Assembly (NCBI GenBank): GCA_030608565.1
Contig: JAUWDY010000001.1
Span: 15,457-79,456 of the forward strand
Length of the DNA: 64,000 nt
Reading direction: 5' to 3'
Source of the DNA: Candidatus Bathyarchaeota archaeon
Lineage (GTDB): Archaea > Thermoproteota > Bathyarchaeia > Bathyarchaeales > Bathyarchaeaceae
The position numbers and the translations under genes are program-made. This document shows positions 36,690 to 46,705 of the stretch, piece after piece; within the stretch, counting starts at the first letter, position 1, and each line of letters opens with the position of its first letter. Under the pieces are notes generated by a model. It was not told the origin of the DNA, did no database searches, and saw only the letters and a program-made list of their open reading frames with translations.

Positions 36690-36919
36690 GTGAAAAGAGC
36701 CTCTATTCTCTTCGATACATCATTTGTTATCATTTAATAGTTCAAAGCTAAAATAATTATGTAAATTCTAATTTTTTATGTGTTTTTTGTGAATCTGCTT
36801 CAGTTCTTCAGTCACCAGTTTTTTCTAATGCGGTTAAATTAAAATGTAGGAAATAGTATTTTGAAGAGGATGATGTGTGTAACCGTAAAAAACTTGAGGA
36901 GTTATAGGAGGTTGGATGG

Positions 36920-38443
36920 GTGGCACAAACTTTTGAAGAAATTAGTGCCGCTGACTTCTTCTACCGCAACCGAGACATAGCTGGTTTCACCAATCCAGCA
37001 AGGGCAGTCTTCTCATCTATGAGAGAACTTGTAGAAAACGCCCTTGACGCCTCCGACCTATACAGCGTATCTCCAGACATATACATCCGGCTGTCTCAAG
37101 AGGATGAGGCAGAACCTGATGAAATCGCCGTTTATACGTTAAGAATCGAAGACAATGGTTCAGGCATTCCACCGCGTCACATACCCTCTGCATTCGGCCA
37201 GGTTTTGTTCGGTTCAAAATACAAGTTAAAACAGGCAAGAGGCACGTTCGGCCTCGGAGGAACCATGGCAATACTCTACGGCCAAATTACCACACACAAA
37301 CCGGTTTACGTTGCCTCAAGCACCGGCACATCAAAAATTTACAAATATAAATTAATGATAGACATCCAAAGAAATCGTCCCCTCATTTTAGACCGCAAAA
37401 TCCAGATAAACAAAGACAAATGGCGTGGAACAATCGTGGAATTTTGCCTAGAAGGCGACTATTTCCGAGCTATGCCAAAAATCTTGGAATATTTGAAACA
37501 GACAGCGTTGGTGACACCGTACGCAAATATAACTTTCATTGACCCTAAAGGACGCTTATACAAGTTCACCCGCGTCACAACGAAAATGCCACCGCCACCC
37601 AAAGAAACACTACCTCATCCATATGGAGTGGATGTGGAAACTATTCAACGCCTTATACGAATCACTCCGTGCCGAAACATGCTAGACTTTATGAAAACAC
37701 ATTTCCATAGGGTTGGCGAGAACATCGCGCATCACTTTTTAGAGTTTGCTGGAATAAGCGAGAGAAAAAATCCAAAAAAATTGAAACCTCATGAGATCGT
37801 GAGGCTTGTACGAATGATAAAGAGGTTTAAGGGCTTCCTTCCCCCAGACGCGAGTTGCTTGTCTCCGTTAGGTGAAGAACTGTTAAAGGCAGGGATTCTT
37901 AAAGAATTGAAACCAGAGTTCACTGCAGTTTTTCAACGCAAACCCTCAACTTATTCTGGTCATCCTTTCATTGTGGAGACGGCGATAGTGTATGGCGGAG
38001 ATGTACCGAAGGACGATTTTCCTGTGTATCGATTTGCTAACAGGATTCCATTGTTATATGATGAAGCTAGTGACGTTTCAGTAAAAGTCATAAGATCCAT
38101 CAACTGGCGAAGATACAAAGTTTTACCTGACATGCCCATTGCTATTCTGGTACATGTGTGTAGCACGAAGGTTCCCTACAAAACTGTGGGCAAAGAGTTC
38201 ATAGCGGACAGACCGGAAGTGAAGAGGGAAATCCTGAACGGTATTCGCGAGGTGGCCCGTCAACTTCAACGCTTTTTGACTAAACGGGAACACGTTGAAA
38301 AAGAAAGGAGGCGACTATCCGTCTTTTCCAAGTATTTGCCCAAGATCGCTCGGTTCTCCACGGAACTAGCTGGAAAAGAAAAAACACCTGACATTAAAAA
38401 ATTGTTAAGGACTGTGAGAAAACTTGAAGAAGAAAAAAAATGA
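36920..38443 (+). CDS. top6B: DNA topoisomerase VI subunit B
   Basis: Bergerat-fold motifs ELVENALDA, EDNGSGIP and GTFGLGG. Confidence 0.9.
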   Translation: MAQTFEEISAADFFYRNRDIAGFTNPARAVFSSMRELVENALDASDLYSVSPDIYIRLSQEDEAEPDEIAVYTLRIEDNGSGIPPRHIPSAFGQVLFGSKYKLKQARGTFGLGGTMAILYGQITTHKPVYVASSTGTSKIYKYKLMIDIQRNRPLILDRKIQINKDKWRGTIVEFCLEGDYFRAMPKILEYLKQTALVTPYANITFIDPKGRLYKFTRVTTKMPPPPKETLPHPYGVDVETIQRLIRITPCRNMLDFMKTHFHRVGENIAHHFLEFAGISERKNPKKLKPHEIVRLVRMIKRFKGFLPPDASCLSPLGEELLKAGILKELKPEFTAVFQRKPSTYSGHPFIVETAIVYGGDVPKDDFPVYRFANRIPLLYDEASDVSVKVIRSINWRRYKVLPDMPIAILVHVCSTKVPYKTVGKEFIADRPEVKREILNGIREVARQLQRFLTKREHVEKERRRLSVFSKYLPKIARFSTELAGKEKTPDIKKLLRTVRKLEEEKK

Positions 38444-39515
38444 AAGTTCAGTTACGGAGAAGCGAAAGAAAGTTCTAGCTGGTTTGGAAAACTTTGGAAT
38501 GAAGCTCTATGACCAGATGGAAGAAGGCGTTTTCCCTTGGATTAAGATGCCAAGCCGATCCATCGAAAACATCTTTTACAGTCAAGAGGTTCGGCAATAC
38601 ATTTTAGGAGACAAAACTGTACGTAGAACTTCTCGGAATATACGTCACATTCGCCCTCTTACGCGGCTGGTTTGGGCTGCCCGTTTTGTCCATGAACTTA
38701 CGCAACATCGGAAGACTTCTACTCTTCGTGATGTATATTATTCGGCGCAGGCATATGACATGACGTTCAAGGACCAACCGGAATCCAACAATATCATAAC
38801 TGACCTTGAAACCGTGGTCGGTCTCTCCCGAGAGGATTTTAACGTTTTTCCTGAAGAACGTTCAGCCATCTTCGGCGACTTAACCATCGAATACACAGTT
38901 CCCGGCTATGAAGGTAGACAACTAAATTTAACATCACATCCCGACGGAATGATGATAGGCCCAGCGCTTACTTCTGCCAATTTTGTCAAAACCGGCGCAG
39001 ACATGGTTATAGCTATCGAGAAAGGAGGCTTATTCACGCGTTTCATAGAGGAGGCGGTTCACAAAAAATTCAATGCACTCCTTGTGCTTACGGCAGGTCA
39101 GGCCCCCCGCGCTACAAGACATTTTATTCATAGACTAAACAAAGAGTTAGACCTCCCAGTACACATATTCACTGACGGCGACCCATGGGGAATGCACATT
39201 GCGATGGTTATCATCTCAGGATCAGCGAACGCAGCCCATCTCAGAGAGTTGACTACTCCCGATGCCACTTGGAGCGGTATGTGGGCAACCGATATCGTAG
39301 ATTATAAGCTACCGAGTGATCCGTTGACTAACATAGATATCAAACGCCTCCACGAGCTGCAGAGGGACCCACGTTATAAAGGAAAGCTTTGGCAAAGAGA
39401 AGTGAAGAAATTTTTAAAGATTAAGAAAAAGGCGGAGCAAGAAGCTTTCAGCAGATACGGATTAACATACATTGTTGATGAATATCTGCCTGCGAAGCTG
39501 GAAGAGACTAGCTGA
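38424..39515 (+). CDS. top6A: DNA topoisomerase VI subunit A (Spo11 family)
   Basis: It has the Tyr region TLRDVYY, and Toprim motifs VIAIEKGG and FTDGDPWG. Confidence 0.9.
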   Translation: MKKKKNESSVTEKRKKVLAGLENFGMKLYDQMEEGVFPWIKMPSRSIENIFYSQEVRQYILGDKTVRRTSRNIRHIRPLTRLVWAARFVHELTQHRKTSTLRDVYYSAQAYDMTFKDQPESNNIITDLETVVGLSREDFNVFPEERSAIFGDLTIEYTVPGYEGRQLNLTSHPDGMMIGPALTSANFVKTGADMVIAIEKGGLFTRFIEEAVHKKFNALLVLTAGQAPRATRHFIHRLNKELDLPVHIFTDGDPWGMHIAMVIISGSANAAHLRELTTPDATWSGMWATDIVDYKLPSDPLTNIDIKRLHELQRDPRYKGKLWQREVKKFLKIKKKAEQEAFSRYGLTYIVDEYLPAKLEETS

Positions 39516-39611
39516 TTTAATCTTCGTAAAAGTGCCCGACTCATCGGTATTTTAATAAGGTTAAAATAACGCTTTCACAACCTGAAGTAAGCCTAGAATA
39601 GAGGGTGGGAT

Positions 39612-39815
39612 ATGAGCGAAGAGGTTGGTTCCGGATTAACTATAGCCGAGAAAATCTCTGGGTTAATAGCTCTCCTCATAGGGGCGACAATCATCTATTT
39701 TACGTATGCTAGTCCCCCTTCGGGATATGTTAAGCCTTTCTCTGGCATCTTTTTAGTCGCTGGCTTTGTATTAGTAGCAGTCGGCATTGTTTTAGTGTTA
39801 GCAAGGGCTGAATAG
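39612..39815 (+). CDS. small membrane protein (two predicted TM helices)
   Basis: 67 aa with two hydrophobic stretches. Confidence 0.45.
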   Translation: MSEEVGSGLTIAEKISGLIALLIGATIIYFTYASPPSGYVKPFSGIFLVAGFVLVAVGIVLVLARAE

Positions 39816-39824
39816 ACATAATTT

Positions 39825-39955
39825 TGGCGCCGCCGGACGGATTCGGACCGTCGACCCACTGGTTAACAGCTTCAACCTCTGATAGAGATTCTATCAAAGT
39901 CAGTTGCTCTACCTAACTGAGCTTTCGCCCACGTTTATGTTGCGTGTACGGCGGC
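39825..39955 (-). tRNA. tRNA-Asn(GTT) with two putative non-canonical introns; CCA encoded
   Basis: Hand fold: exons 39955-39947 (GCCGCCGTA), 39922-39901 (GCTCAGTTAGGTAGAGCAACTG) and 39870-39825 (G CTGTTAA CCAGT GGGTC GACGG TCCGAAT CCGTC CGGCGGC G CCA). Introns of 24 nt (between positions ~9/10) and 30 nt (~30/31). Confidence 0.7.
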
Positions 39956-40134
39956 TTGATTTTTCAACGGCGCCGTTTAATTTGACACTTTGTAGCGATA
40001 TTTAAAGTTTGGTTGCAGAGACGCCGAGCTTCAGATGTGCACGCATAATATACAAGTGGTTCCTTTAGCGAAAGAGGAATTAGAAACCTTTTTGATGTTA
40101 AAGAACTATTCAATTAACCAAAGGAGGTACTATC

Positions 40135-40953
40135 ATGAGTTGGGGAATTAAAAACCGTTTGGCACGACTAATACAACCTGATGGTCATTGCTTGTTTTTG
40201 CCCATAGATCACGGATATTTTCAAGGACCTACCACAAAATTAGAAAAGCCAGGCGAAACTGTCAAACCACTTCTCCCTTATTGCGATGCGATTTTTGTCA
40301 CGAGAGGAGTACTGCGTTCATGTATAGATCCGAATAGTAAAACACCCATCATTCTAAGAGTATCTGGGGGTACGAGTATTGTTGGAGAAGATCTGGCCAA
40401 TGAAGGAATAACCACATCTCTAAAAGAAGCTATACGTCTTAATGCGTCAGCCGTAGGTCTTTCTATCTTTGTTGGCAGCAAATATGAACATCAGACATTA
40501 TTAAATCTTGCAAGACTCGTTGATGAGGCTGAAGAATATGGAATTCCTGTAATGGCGGTTACTGCCGTAGGTAAGGAGTTGGGAAAAAGAGAAGCCCGTT
40601 ATCTTGCTTTATCCTGTAGAATTGCCGCTGAACTGGGTGCCAGAGTAGTAAAAACTTACTGGTGTGAAAACTTTGAAAAGGTTGTAGATGGTTGTCCTGT
40701 TCCAGTCGTTATAGCGGGTGGACCTAAAGTAGACACGGAACTTGAGGTATTTGAATTTGTTTATGATGGTATTCAAAAAGGCGCTATAGGTGTAAACCTA
40801 GGAAGAAACATTTGGAAAAATGATTACCCAATTGCAATGATCAAGTCTATAAGAGCAGTAGTTCATGAAAACGCCACCGCAAAAGAAGCAAATGAATTGT
40901 TTGAGAGTGTCAAGAAAGAAGAAACAGGGCAGTTGCTGGCATCATGCGAGTAG
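40135..40953 (+). CDS. class I aldolase of the DhnA/LsrF family (FBP aldolase class Ia / ADH-synthase-like)
   Basis: 272 aa. Schiff-base Lys context ARVVKTYW, plus GGPK..., GRNIW. Confidence 0.75.
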   Translation: MSWGIKNRLARLIQPDGHCLFLPIDHGYFQGPTTKLEKPGETVKPLLPYCDAIFVTRGVLRSCIDPNSKTPIILRVSGGTSIVGEDLANEGITTSLKEAIRLNASAVGLSIFVGSKYEHQTLLNLARLVDEAEEYGIPVMAVTAVGKELGKREARYLALSCRIAAELGARVVKTYWCENFEKVVDGCPVPVVIAGGPKVDTELEVFEFVYDGIQKGAIGVNLGRNIWKNDYPIAMIKSIRAVVHENATAKEANELFESVKKEETGQLLASCE

Positions 40954-41984
40954 CGATGTATTACAACAATAAAGACATTAGAATAGAGGAGATGCCAAAA
41001 CCGAAAATTGGTCCCAATGAATTGCTGGCAAAAGCTATGGCCTGTGGTATCTGTGGCAGCGATGTGATGGAGTGGTATCGCATCAAAAAGGCGCCGAGAG
41101 TCTTAGGACATGAGATGACTGGAGAAATTGGAGAAATTGGAGATAATGTGAAAGATTTCAAAGTTGGGGATAGAGTTTTTGTATCCCACCATGTTCCCTG
41201 TAATAAGTGCCTATATTGTTTAGACGGTCAACATACTGTATGCGAAACTTTACACAATACGAACCTTGATCCTGGCGGGTTCTCTGAATTTGTTCGTGTG
41301 CCAAAGATAAACGTTGAATATGGAACATTTTTGTTACCTAATGAAATATCTTTCGAGGATGGAACCTTTATCGAGCCTTTAGGCTGTGTTATAAGAGGGC
41401 AAAGAAGAGCAAGCATAAAATCAAATCATACTATCCTCGTCATAGGCAGCGGTATCTCCGGATTACTTCACATAAAGCTTGCCCGTGCTAAAGGTATTAA
41501 AAAAGTGATTGCAACCGATATCAACGAGTACCGGATGAATGCGGCAAAGAAATTTGGAGCAGACGATGTAATCAATGCTAGAGATGACGTGCCCGCCCGT
41601 GTAAAAGAAGTCAACAAAGGTAGACTCGCTGATCGTATTGTTGTCTGTACAGGAGCTGTATCAGCTATCAAACAGGCTTTGAAATCTATAGATGCTGGAG
41701 GCACTATTCTTTTCTTTGCTCCTACCGAGCCTGGAGTCGATATCTTTCTACCCTTCAATGAGTTTTGGAGTAGTCAGACAACTTTAACGACTACCTATGC
41801 TGCTGCTCCTAATGATCTTGAAAAAGCGATAGAATTGATTCGTTCTCGCAAAGTGAAGGTACACGATATGATAACACATCGATTGAGTTTAGCAGAAATA
41901 AGTAAGGGCTTCCAACTTGTTGCAGATGCGAATGAGTCTATCAAAGTGATAATAAAACCACGGAAAGAGATTGAGTTCGATTGA
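40944..41984 (+). CDS. zinc-dependent medium-chain alcohol/threonine dehydrogenase family protein
   Basis: CGICGSD, GHEMTGEI and a Rossmann GSGISG motif. Confidence 0.85.
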   Translation: MRVAMYYNNKDIRIEEMPKPKIGPNELLAKAMACGICGSDVMEWYRIKKAPRVLGHEMTGEIGEIGDNVKDFKVGDRVFVSHHVPCNKCLYCLDGQHTVCETLHNTNLDPGGFSEFVRVPKINVEYGTFLLPNEISFEDGTFIEPLGCVIRGQRRASIKSNHTILVIGSGISGLLHIKLARAKGIKKVIATDINEYRMNAAKKFGADDVINARDDVPARVKEVNKGRLADRIVVCTGAVSAIKQALKSIDAGGTILFFAPTEPGVDIFLPFNEFWSSQTTLTTTYAAAPNDLEKAIELIRSRKVKVHDMITHRLSLAEISKGFQLVADANESIKVIIKPRKEIEFD

Positions 41985-42318
41985 TGCTCGTATGAATGGA
42001 GATTTATCGTATCCATGTGGAACGTCGAAACTTGGAAATTCTACGGTCTAACTACTTCCTTCCGTTCAGTCGAAACAGCAAACAAAGGATAGTCGTTCTT
42101 CAGTGCAGATTCTTTTTCAGTCTACCCAAAATGCATGCATCAGCTATTCTTGTTGACCAAGACTTGATTATGTTGAAACGAAATATGGTCTCGCGAATGT
42201 ATCAATGAGAGATGAAGACCAACTATGAGAAGGTTAAGTGGGTTTTCTTGAAGCGTCAATAATTCACCAGAAGTTTCATTTATACGATGTGCCCATACAA
42301 ACTGTGGGAAAAGCCTTG

Positions 42319-43521
42319 ATGGTTGGCGTCGTTGGAAAACCCAACACCGGCAAGTCCACGTTCTTCTCCGCTGCAACACTAGTTCCAGTTGAGATTGCGA
42401 GTTATCCGTTCACAACCATAAAGCCGAATCGAGGAATAGGCTACGTACGAACCCCATGCGTGTGCAAAGAATTTAACGTAAAAGACAACCCGAAAAATTC
42501 CACATGCATAGACGGAATACGATTAATCCCAGTCGAGTTAATAGACTGTGCCGGCCTCGTACCAGGAGCATGGCAGGGAAGAGGACTGGGAAACCAGTTT
42601 CTAGACGAAATTAGAAAGGCAGACGCCCTCATCCACATTGTGGACGCCGCTGGAACAACGGACTCGGAGGGAAAATTGTGCAAGCTTGGTTCTCACGATC
42701 CCGCAGAAGATGTACGTTTCTTGGAGAAGGAGATGACGATGTGGCTTGCGCAGATATTGAAGAGGGACTGGTCTAAAATCGCTAGAACCGTTGGGTCGGG
42801 TACAGAGGACCTGTTCACTCTCCTCGAAGAACGGTTCAGCGGACTCGCCATAAAGAGAACACATGTCATGGAGGCACTGAGAAAAACAGAGCTTAATGCA
42901 GAAAAACCAATCCTCTGGAGCGACGACGATCTCATCAAGTTTCTCGACGTTTTGAGGAGAATCTCTAAACCCATGCTGATTGCGGCAAACAAAATCGATC
43001 TTCTACCAGCGGAAGAAAATGCTGAACGATTGAAAGAGCTGGACTATACGGTTGTTCCATGCTGTGCAGAAGCAGAGCTGGCGTTGAGGAGAGCCGCAGA
43101 GAAAAAGTTGGTCGACTACAAGCCTGGAGACTGCAACTTTGAAGTTATGAAGCCTAAGGAGCTAACAGAAGTTCAGAATAAAGCGTTAAAAGTAGTTCAA
43201 GAAAGGATACTGCAGAAATTTGGATCCACCGGCGTACAAGAGGCCATTAACATGGCGTTCTTTAAACTGTTGAATATGATTGTCGTTTATCCAATTGAAG
43301 ACCTTGAACATCTCAGTGATCATGAGGGCCGAGTGCTTCCAGACGCATATATTGTGCCCTACGGCACCACCGCACGACAACTAGCTTACTTAATTCACAC
43401 AGAATTAGGGGAAAGTTTCATCTATGCAGTTGAGGCTCATGAAAAGAAGAGAATTGGAGAAGACCATGTGTTAAAGGACAGGGATGTGGTTTCAATAGTA
43501 AGCGCTAAGAAAAGAGGTTAA
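42319..43521 (+). CDS. YchF/OLA1-type P-loop NTPase with C-terminal TGS domain
   Basis: VGVVGKPNTGKSTFF, DCAGLV and NKIDL motifs, with a TGS-like C-terminus. I start it at ATG 42319 rather than the tracked GTG at 42238. Confidence 0.8.
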   Translation: MVGVVGKPNTGKSTFFSAATLVPVEIASYPFTTIKPNRGIGYVRTPCVCKEFNVKDNPKNSTCIDGIRLIPVELIDCAGLVPGAWQGRGLGNQFLDEIRKADALIHIVDAAGTTDSEGKLCKLGSHDPAEDVRFLEKEMTMWLAQILKRDWSKIARTVGSGTEDLFTLLEERFSGLAIKRTHVMEALRKTELNAEKPILWSDDDLIKFLDVLRRISKPMLIAANKIDLLPAEENAERLKELDYTVVPCCAEAELALRRAAEKKLVDYKPGDCNFEVMKPKELTEVQNKALKVVQERILQKFGSTGVQEAINMAFFKLLNMIVVYPIEDLEHLSDHEGRVLPDAYIVPYGTTARQLAYLIHTELGESFIYAVEAHEKKRIGEDHVLKDRDVVSIVSAKKRG

Positions 43522-43536
43522 GTTTCCTTCCTTTCA

Positions 43537-43758
43537 TTACGCTTTTGATCGGACTTCTTTTTCAAGCCAGCCTGTTCTAATATTTTCTTTTCGGTCACGC
43601 GACGTATACGGCTTTATGTCCACAACTGGTGTGTCGTCTACCATGTCGACTCCTCTAACCTTCAATATGTTTCCTTTTCTCTTCAAAAGTTCTACAACAG
43701 TGAAACCTATAGGGTTAGACCTATTAGGATGTCTTGTGGCAAAAATGCCGCGTAAGCC
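43537..43758 (-). pseudogene. C-terminal remnant of a TrmO/TsaA (YaeB)-family tRNA methyltransferase
   Basis: My translation is GIFATRHPNRSNPIGFTVVELLKRKGNILKVRGVDMVDDTPVVDIKPY.., matching the family core. An in-frame TAA (43759-43761) lies directly upstream, and no N-terminal half is found before uppS. Confidence 0.6.
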
Positions 43759-43857
43759 TTAGTACCAAAGAGGTTTCACGTGAAGCGAATAACCCTATCG
43801 ACTTAAGTTCTCTCTTCACTCCTACGCACCCCTCTATAGACTAACCACACGCATATT

Positions 43858-44640
43858 CTACTGGCCAAAACGCCTCTTCCGCCTCTGATACGTCCGGACA
43901 GCCCGCAAAAGGTCGATACGCCGAAACTTAGGCCAATACACATCTAAGAAACAAAGTTCACTATATGCACACTGCCACAGCAAAAAGCCACTCAGTCGTT
44001 CCTCCCCAGAAGTTCGAATAATCAGATCCGGATCCTGTTTAGGCATATGAGCCGTATACAAATACTGCTCAAAAACCTCTTCATCAATCTCGTCAGAATC
44101 CATGTCTCCCCTCTTCACTTTCTGAGCGATCTTTCTCGTTGCATCCACGATCTCAGCTCTTCCACCATAAGCCAAAGCTATATTCAAAAAATGCTCATCA
44201 TAACCTTTCGTGGCCTTCTCTACCCGTCTAATTATCTCTTGGAGCTTCTTCGGCAAAAGACCGATCCTACCTATAACCTTAACTCGAACCTTTTGTTCAT
44301 GAATACGTTTGTTTGTGAGAATTTCACTCAATTTTTCCTCAGCTAACTGCAGGATTTCACCCACTTCTTGTAAAGAGCGTTGAAAATTTTCGGTTGAAAA
44401 CGCGTAAAGAGTAATCGATTTTACATTCAAATCCAAGCACCAGTCTAATAGCTCTTCAACCTTCTCGGCGCCGTGCTGATGGCCAAACAAAGGATTTAAC
44501 GACGACTCAGAAGCCCATCGACGATTTCCATCTAATATAATAGCGATGTGTTCAGGCTTCATACCATTCTTCACCTGCTGCCAGAGCCACTTCTCGTAAG
44601 CCTTATACACGCCGAGTAGAGACAACAACGTCTGCAGCAT
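43858..44640 (-). CDS. uppS: cis-prenyltransferase (undecaprenyl diphosphate synthase family)
   Basis: HIAIILDGNRRWA and RTSGEERLSGFLLWQ. Its start overlaps the MTAP stop (TAATG). Confidence 0.9.
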   Translation of the reverse strand: MLQTLLSLLGVYKAYEKWLWQQVKNGMKPEHIAIILDGNRRWASESSLNPLFGHQHGAEKVEELLDWCLDLNVKSITLYAFSTENFQRSLQEVGEILQLAEEKLSEILTNKRIHEQKVRVKVIGRIGLLPKKLQEIIRRVEKATKGYDEHFLNIALAYGGRAEIVDATRKIAQKVKRGDMDSDEIDEEVFEQYLYTAHMPKQDPDLIIRTSGEERLSGFLLWQCAYSELCFLDVYWPKFRRIDLLRAVRTYQRRKRRFGQ

Positions 44641-45470
44641 TATTTAACCTCGAATCTTGCAGCCCTAAGCGCATGCGCACACAAACAGTGACGTTCTGAG
44701 GGTAAGTGCTTGATAGTTTCTCTTAAAATTTGCTGAATAACTGGATTTTTCTTTTCTGCTACATTAGCCACTTCATCAGCGGTTAACTGTTGTTGCATCC
44801 CCGCCGCCATGTTCGAAACAAAACATATGGTTGCGTAACACATTTCCAGCTCACGCGCAAGCATAGCTTCTGGTGCACTCGTCATACCGACAATGTCACA
44901 GCTCAACCGTCTAAACATTTCAATCTCTGCAGGAGTTTCGTAACGGGGGCCCTCCGTGCAAACCAGAACAGCGTGATCCCATACCTGCACACCCCGTTCC
45001 CTAGCCGTTTTAATCAAAAGTGCACGAATCGTCGGACAGTACAACTGAGACATGTCTACATGTGTAACAGGGGCGTCGTCGTAGAAGGTGAGCTGTCTGA
45101 GTTTAGTGAAGTCAACCAAATCATGTGGAACAACCAAGTCGCCTGGTTCAAAATCGGATTTTATGGCTCCAACCGCGTTTGTCGCAACGACTTGTTTGAC
45201 ACCAATTTTGTATAAAGCAAAGACGTTTGCTCGATAATTCACCTTGTGTGGAGGAACAGAGTGATGGATGCCGTGGCGAGGCAGAAACGCAACGGGTTTT
45301 CCGTTAACTTGACCTAGGGATATGGGAGGTGGGAGGCCGTAAGGGGTTCCAACTCGAATCTGCTCGGCGTCCTTCAACAAAGCTTCTAAACCAGTTCCGC
45401 CGATTATTGCCACATCAGCCTTCGCTAAACTCTTCAATTTCTTCTTTCTTCTCCCTGAAAAAACGAGCAT
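44640..45470 (-). CDS. S-methyl-5'-thioadenosine phosphorylase (PNP family)
   Basis: VAIIGGTG, FLPRHG and GMTSAPE motifs. Confidence 0.85.
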   Translation of the reverse strand: MLVFSGRRKKKLKSLAKADVAIIGGTGLEALLKDAEQIRVGTPYGLPPPISLGQVNGKPVAFLPRHGIHHSVPPHKVNYRANVFALYKIGVKQVVATNAVGAIKSDFEPGDLVVPHDLVDFTKLRQLTFYDDAPVTHVDMSQLYCPTIRALLIKTARERGVQVWDHAVLVCTEGPRYETPAEIEMFRRLSCDIVGMTSAPEAMLARELEMCYATICFVSNMAAGMQQQLTADEVANVAEKKNPVIQQILRETIKHLPSERHCLCAHALRAARFEVK

Positions 45471-46629
45471 ATTTTCTATGCAGCAAAAAGGTGGCTAAGA
45501 CGGCAGCTACGATCAAAGGTATGCCAATAATAATAGTAGCTACAAGCCCTACGGTGTAAGTTTCTGCCTGTTCAGGATAAATAAGAATCTGTGATGCTTG
45601 GTAAAACATTGGCCACGACCATGCAACCGCAACCACAATGACAATGGTGCGCCACATCCGAGGGTCATGCTCGAAATACCAGCGGATTGCCCTACCAGAA
45701 AGCAAGACGCAGATGCCAACTATTATAAGAGCTATAGATCCTGAAATGAACCATCCTATTAGGTTGGGAAGTAGAGCGATCCATTGACCAAAATCTACTG
45801 GAGGCGGCTGAGGAATCGAATCTGCGGTAGCAACTCCTCCCAGATAGCAACCGACGAGACCTAATAGAACCCCAGCGACTGTAGAATAATTTGCTATTTG
45901 TATTGGAAGGGGTGGTGGAGAATATTCTCGAACGAATCTGTAGAACTTCAGTGCTGCTTTGTCAATTCTGAATCCTTTTATGAGAAGGAATGCGCCACAA
46001 ACGATGAGAAAGGCTATTCCTGTGTATCTTATCCAACCAGTTATGTATAGAATGCCTAAGATTATCATTAAAATTCCGGGTAAGCCAAGCATAATCCGAG
46101 AATAACGTGGGTTCTCCCAAATCATTTTTAAATATCGAGAAAAAACCGCTGCTGTTTCTTCGATCGATTCACTATGTGTCACCACGATCCTTCGAACCGA
46201 GGTCACAGGCACCCGAGATTGAACTAACGGTAAAATCGCCTCATCACCGAAACCGTCCGTGACGAGGATAACGTCGCTTGCTGGAAAGCTTTCTAGCACT
46301 TCGGTGAGTTCAGATACGAGTTTTCTATCTGCTCCGACTCCACCCAGTTCGGAACCTGCTATAGTTGCAATTTGATGGATCTCAGATGGTTTGCTCCCTT
46401 TTTCTAGATGATCGTAGATTCGAACTGCTTCAAACATGGCGTTGGCATCTGGCTCCTCAGGATCCTCCAGAGCGAGGCTGACAGCTGCATCTATGTTTTC
46501 CTTTCTTCCAAGAACTGGTGTCTTTATCCTTCCTTTCACGCCCAGATCGTCATCTCTGTCAACGCAAAGGACGAGAATGCGTTCCGACTCTTTTTTTGTG
46601 GGCTTTGGCATAGCCTTCCGCTCGTTCAT
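45415..46629 (-). CDS. DUF373-family archaeal membrane protein
   Basis: A cytosolic N-domain (LVLCVDRDDDLG..DPEEPDANAMFEA) followed by multiple TM helices. Confidence 0.7.
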   Translation of the reverse strand: MNERKAMPKPTKKESERILVLCVDRDDDLGVKGRIKTPVLGRKENIDAAVSLALEDPEEPDANAMFEAVRIYDHLEKGSKPSEIHQIATIAGSELGGVGADRKLVSELTEVLESFPASDVILVTDGFGDEAILPLVQSRVPVTSVRRIVVTHSESIEETAAVFSRYLKMIWENPRYSRIMLGLPGILMIILGILYITGWIRYTGIAFLIVCGAFLLIKGFRIDKAALKFYRFVREYSPPPLPIQIANYSTVAGVLLGLVGCYLGGVATADSIPQPPPVDFGQWIALLPNLIGWFISGSIALIIVGICVLLSGRAIRWYFEHDPRMWRTIVIVVAVAWSWPMFYQASQILIYPEQAETYTVGLVATIIIGIPLIVAAVLATFLLHRKYARFFREKKEEIEEFSEG

Positions 46630-46705
46630 TTGCTAAATCTTTATCGTTTAACTTTTTGTCTTCCATCCTTCTTTAAAGTTCCGTAAATTGTGCACATGCA
46701 GAATT

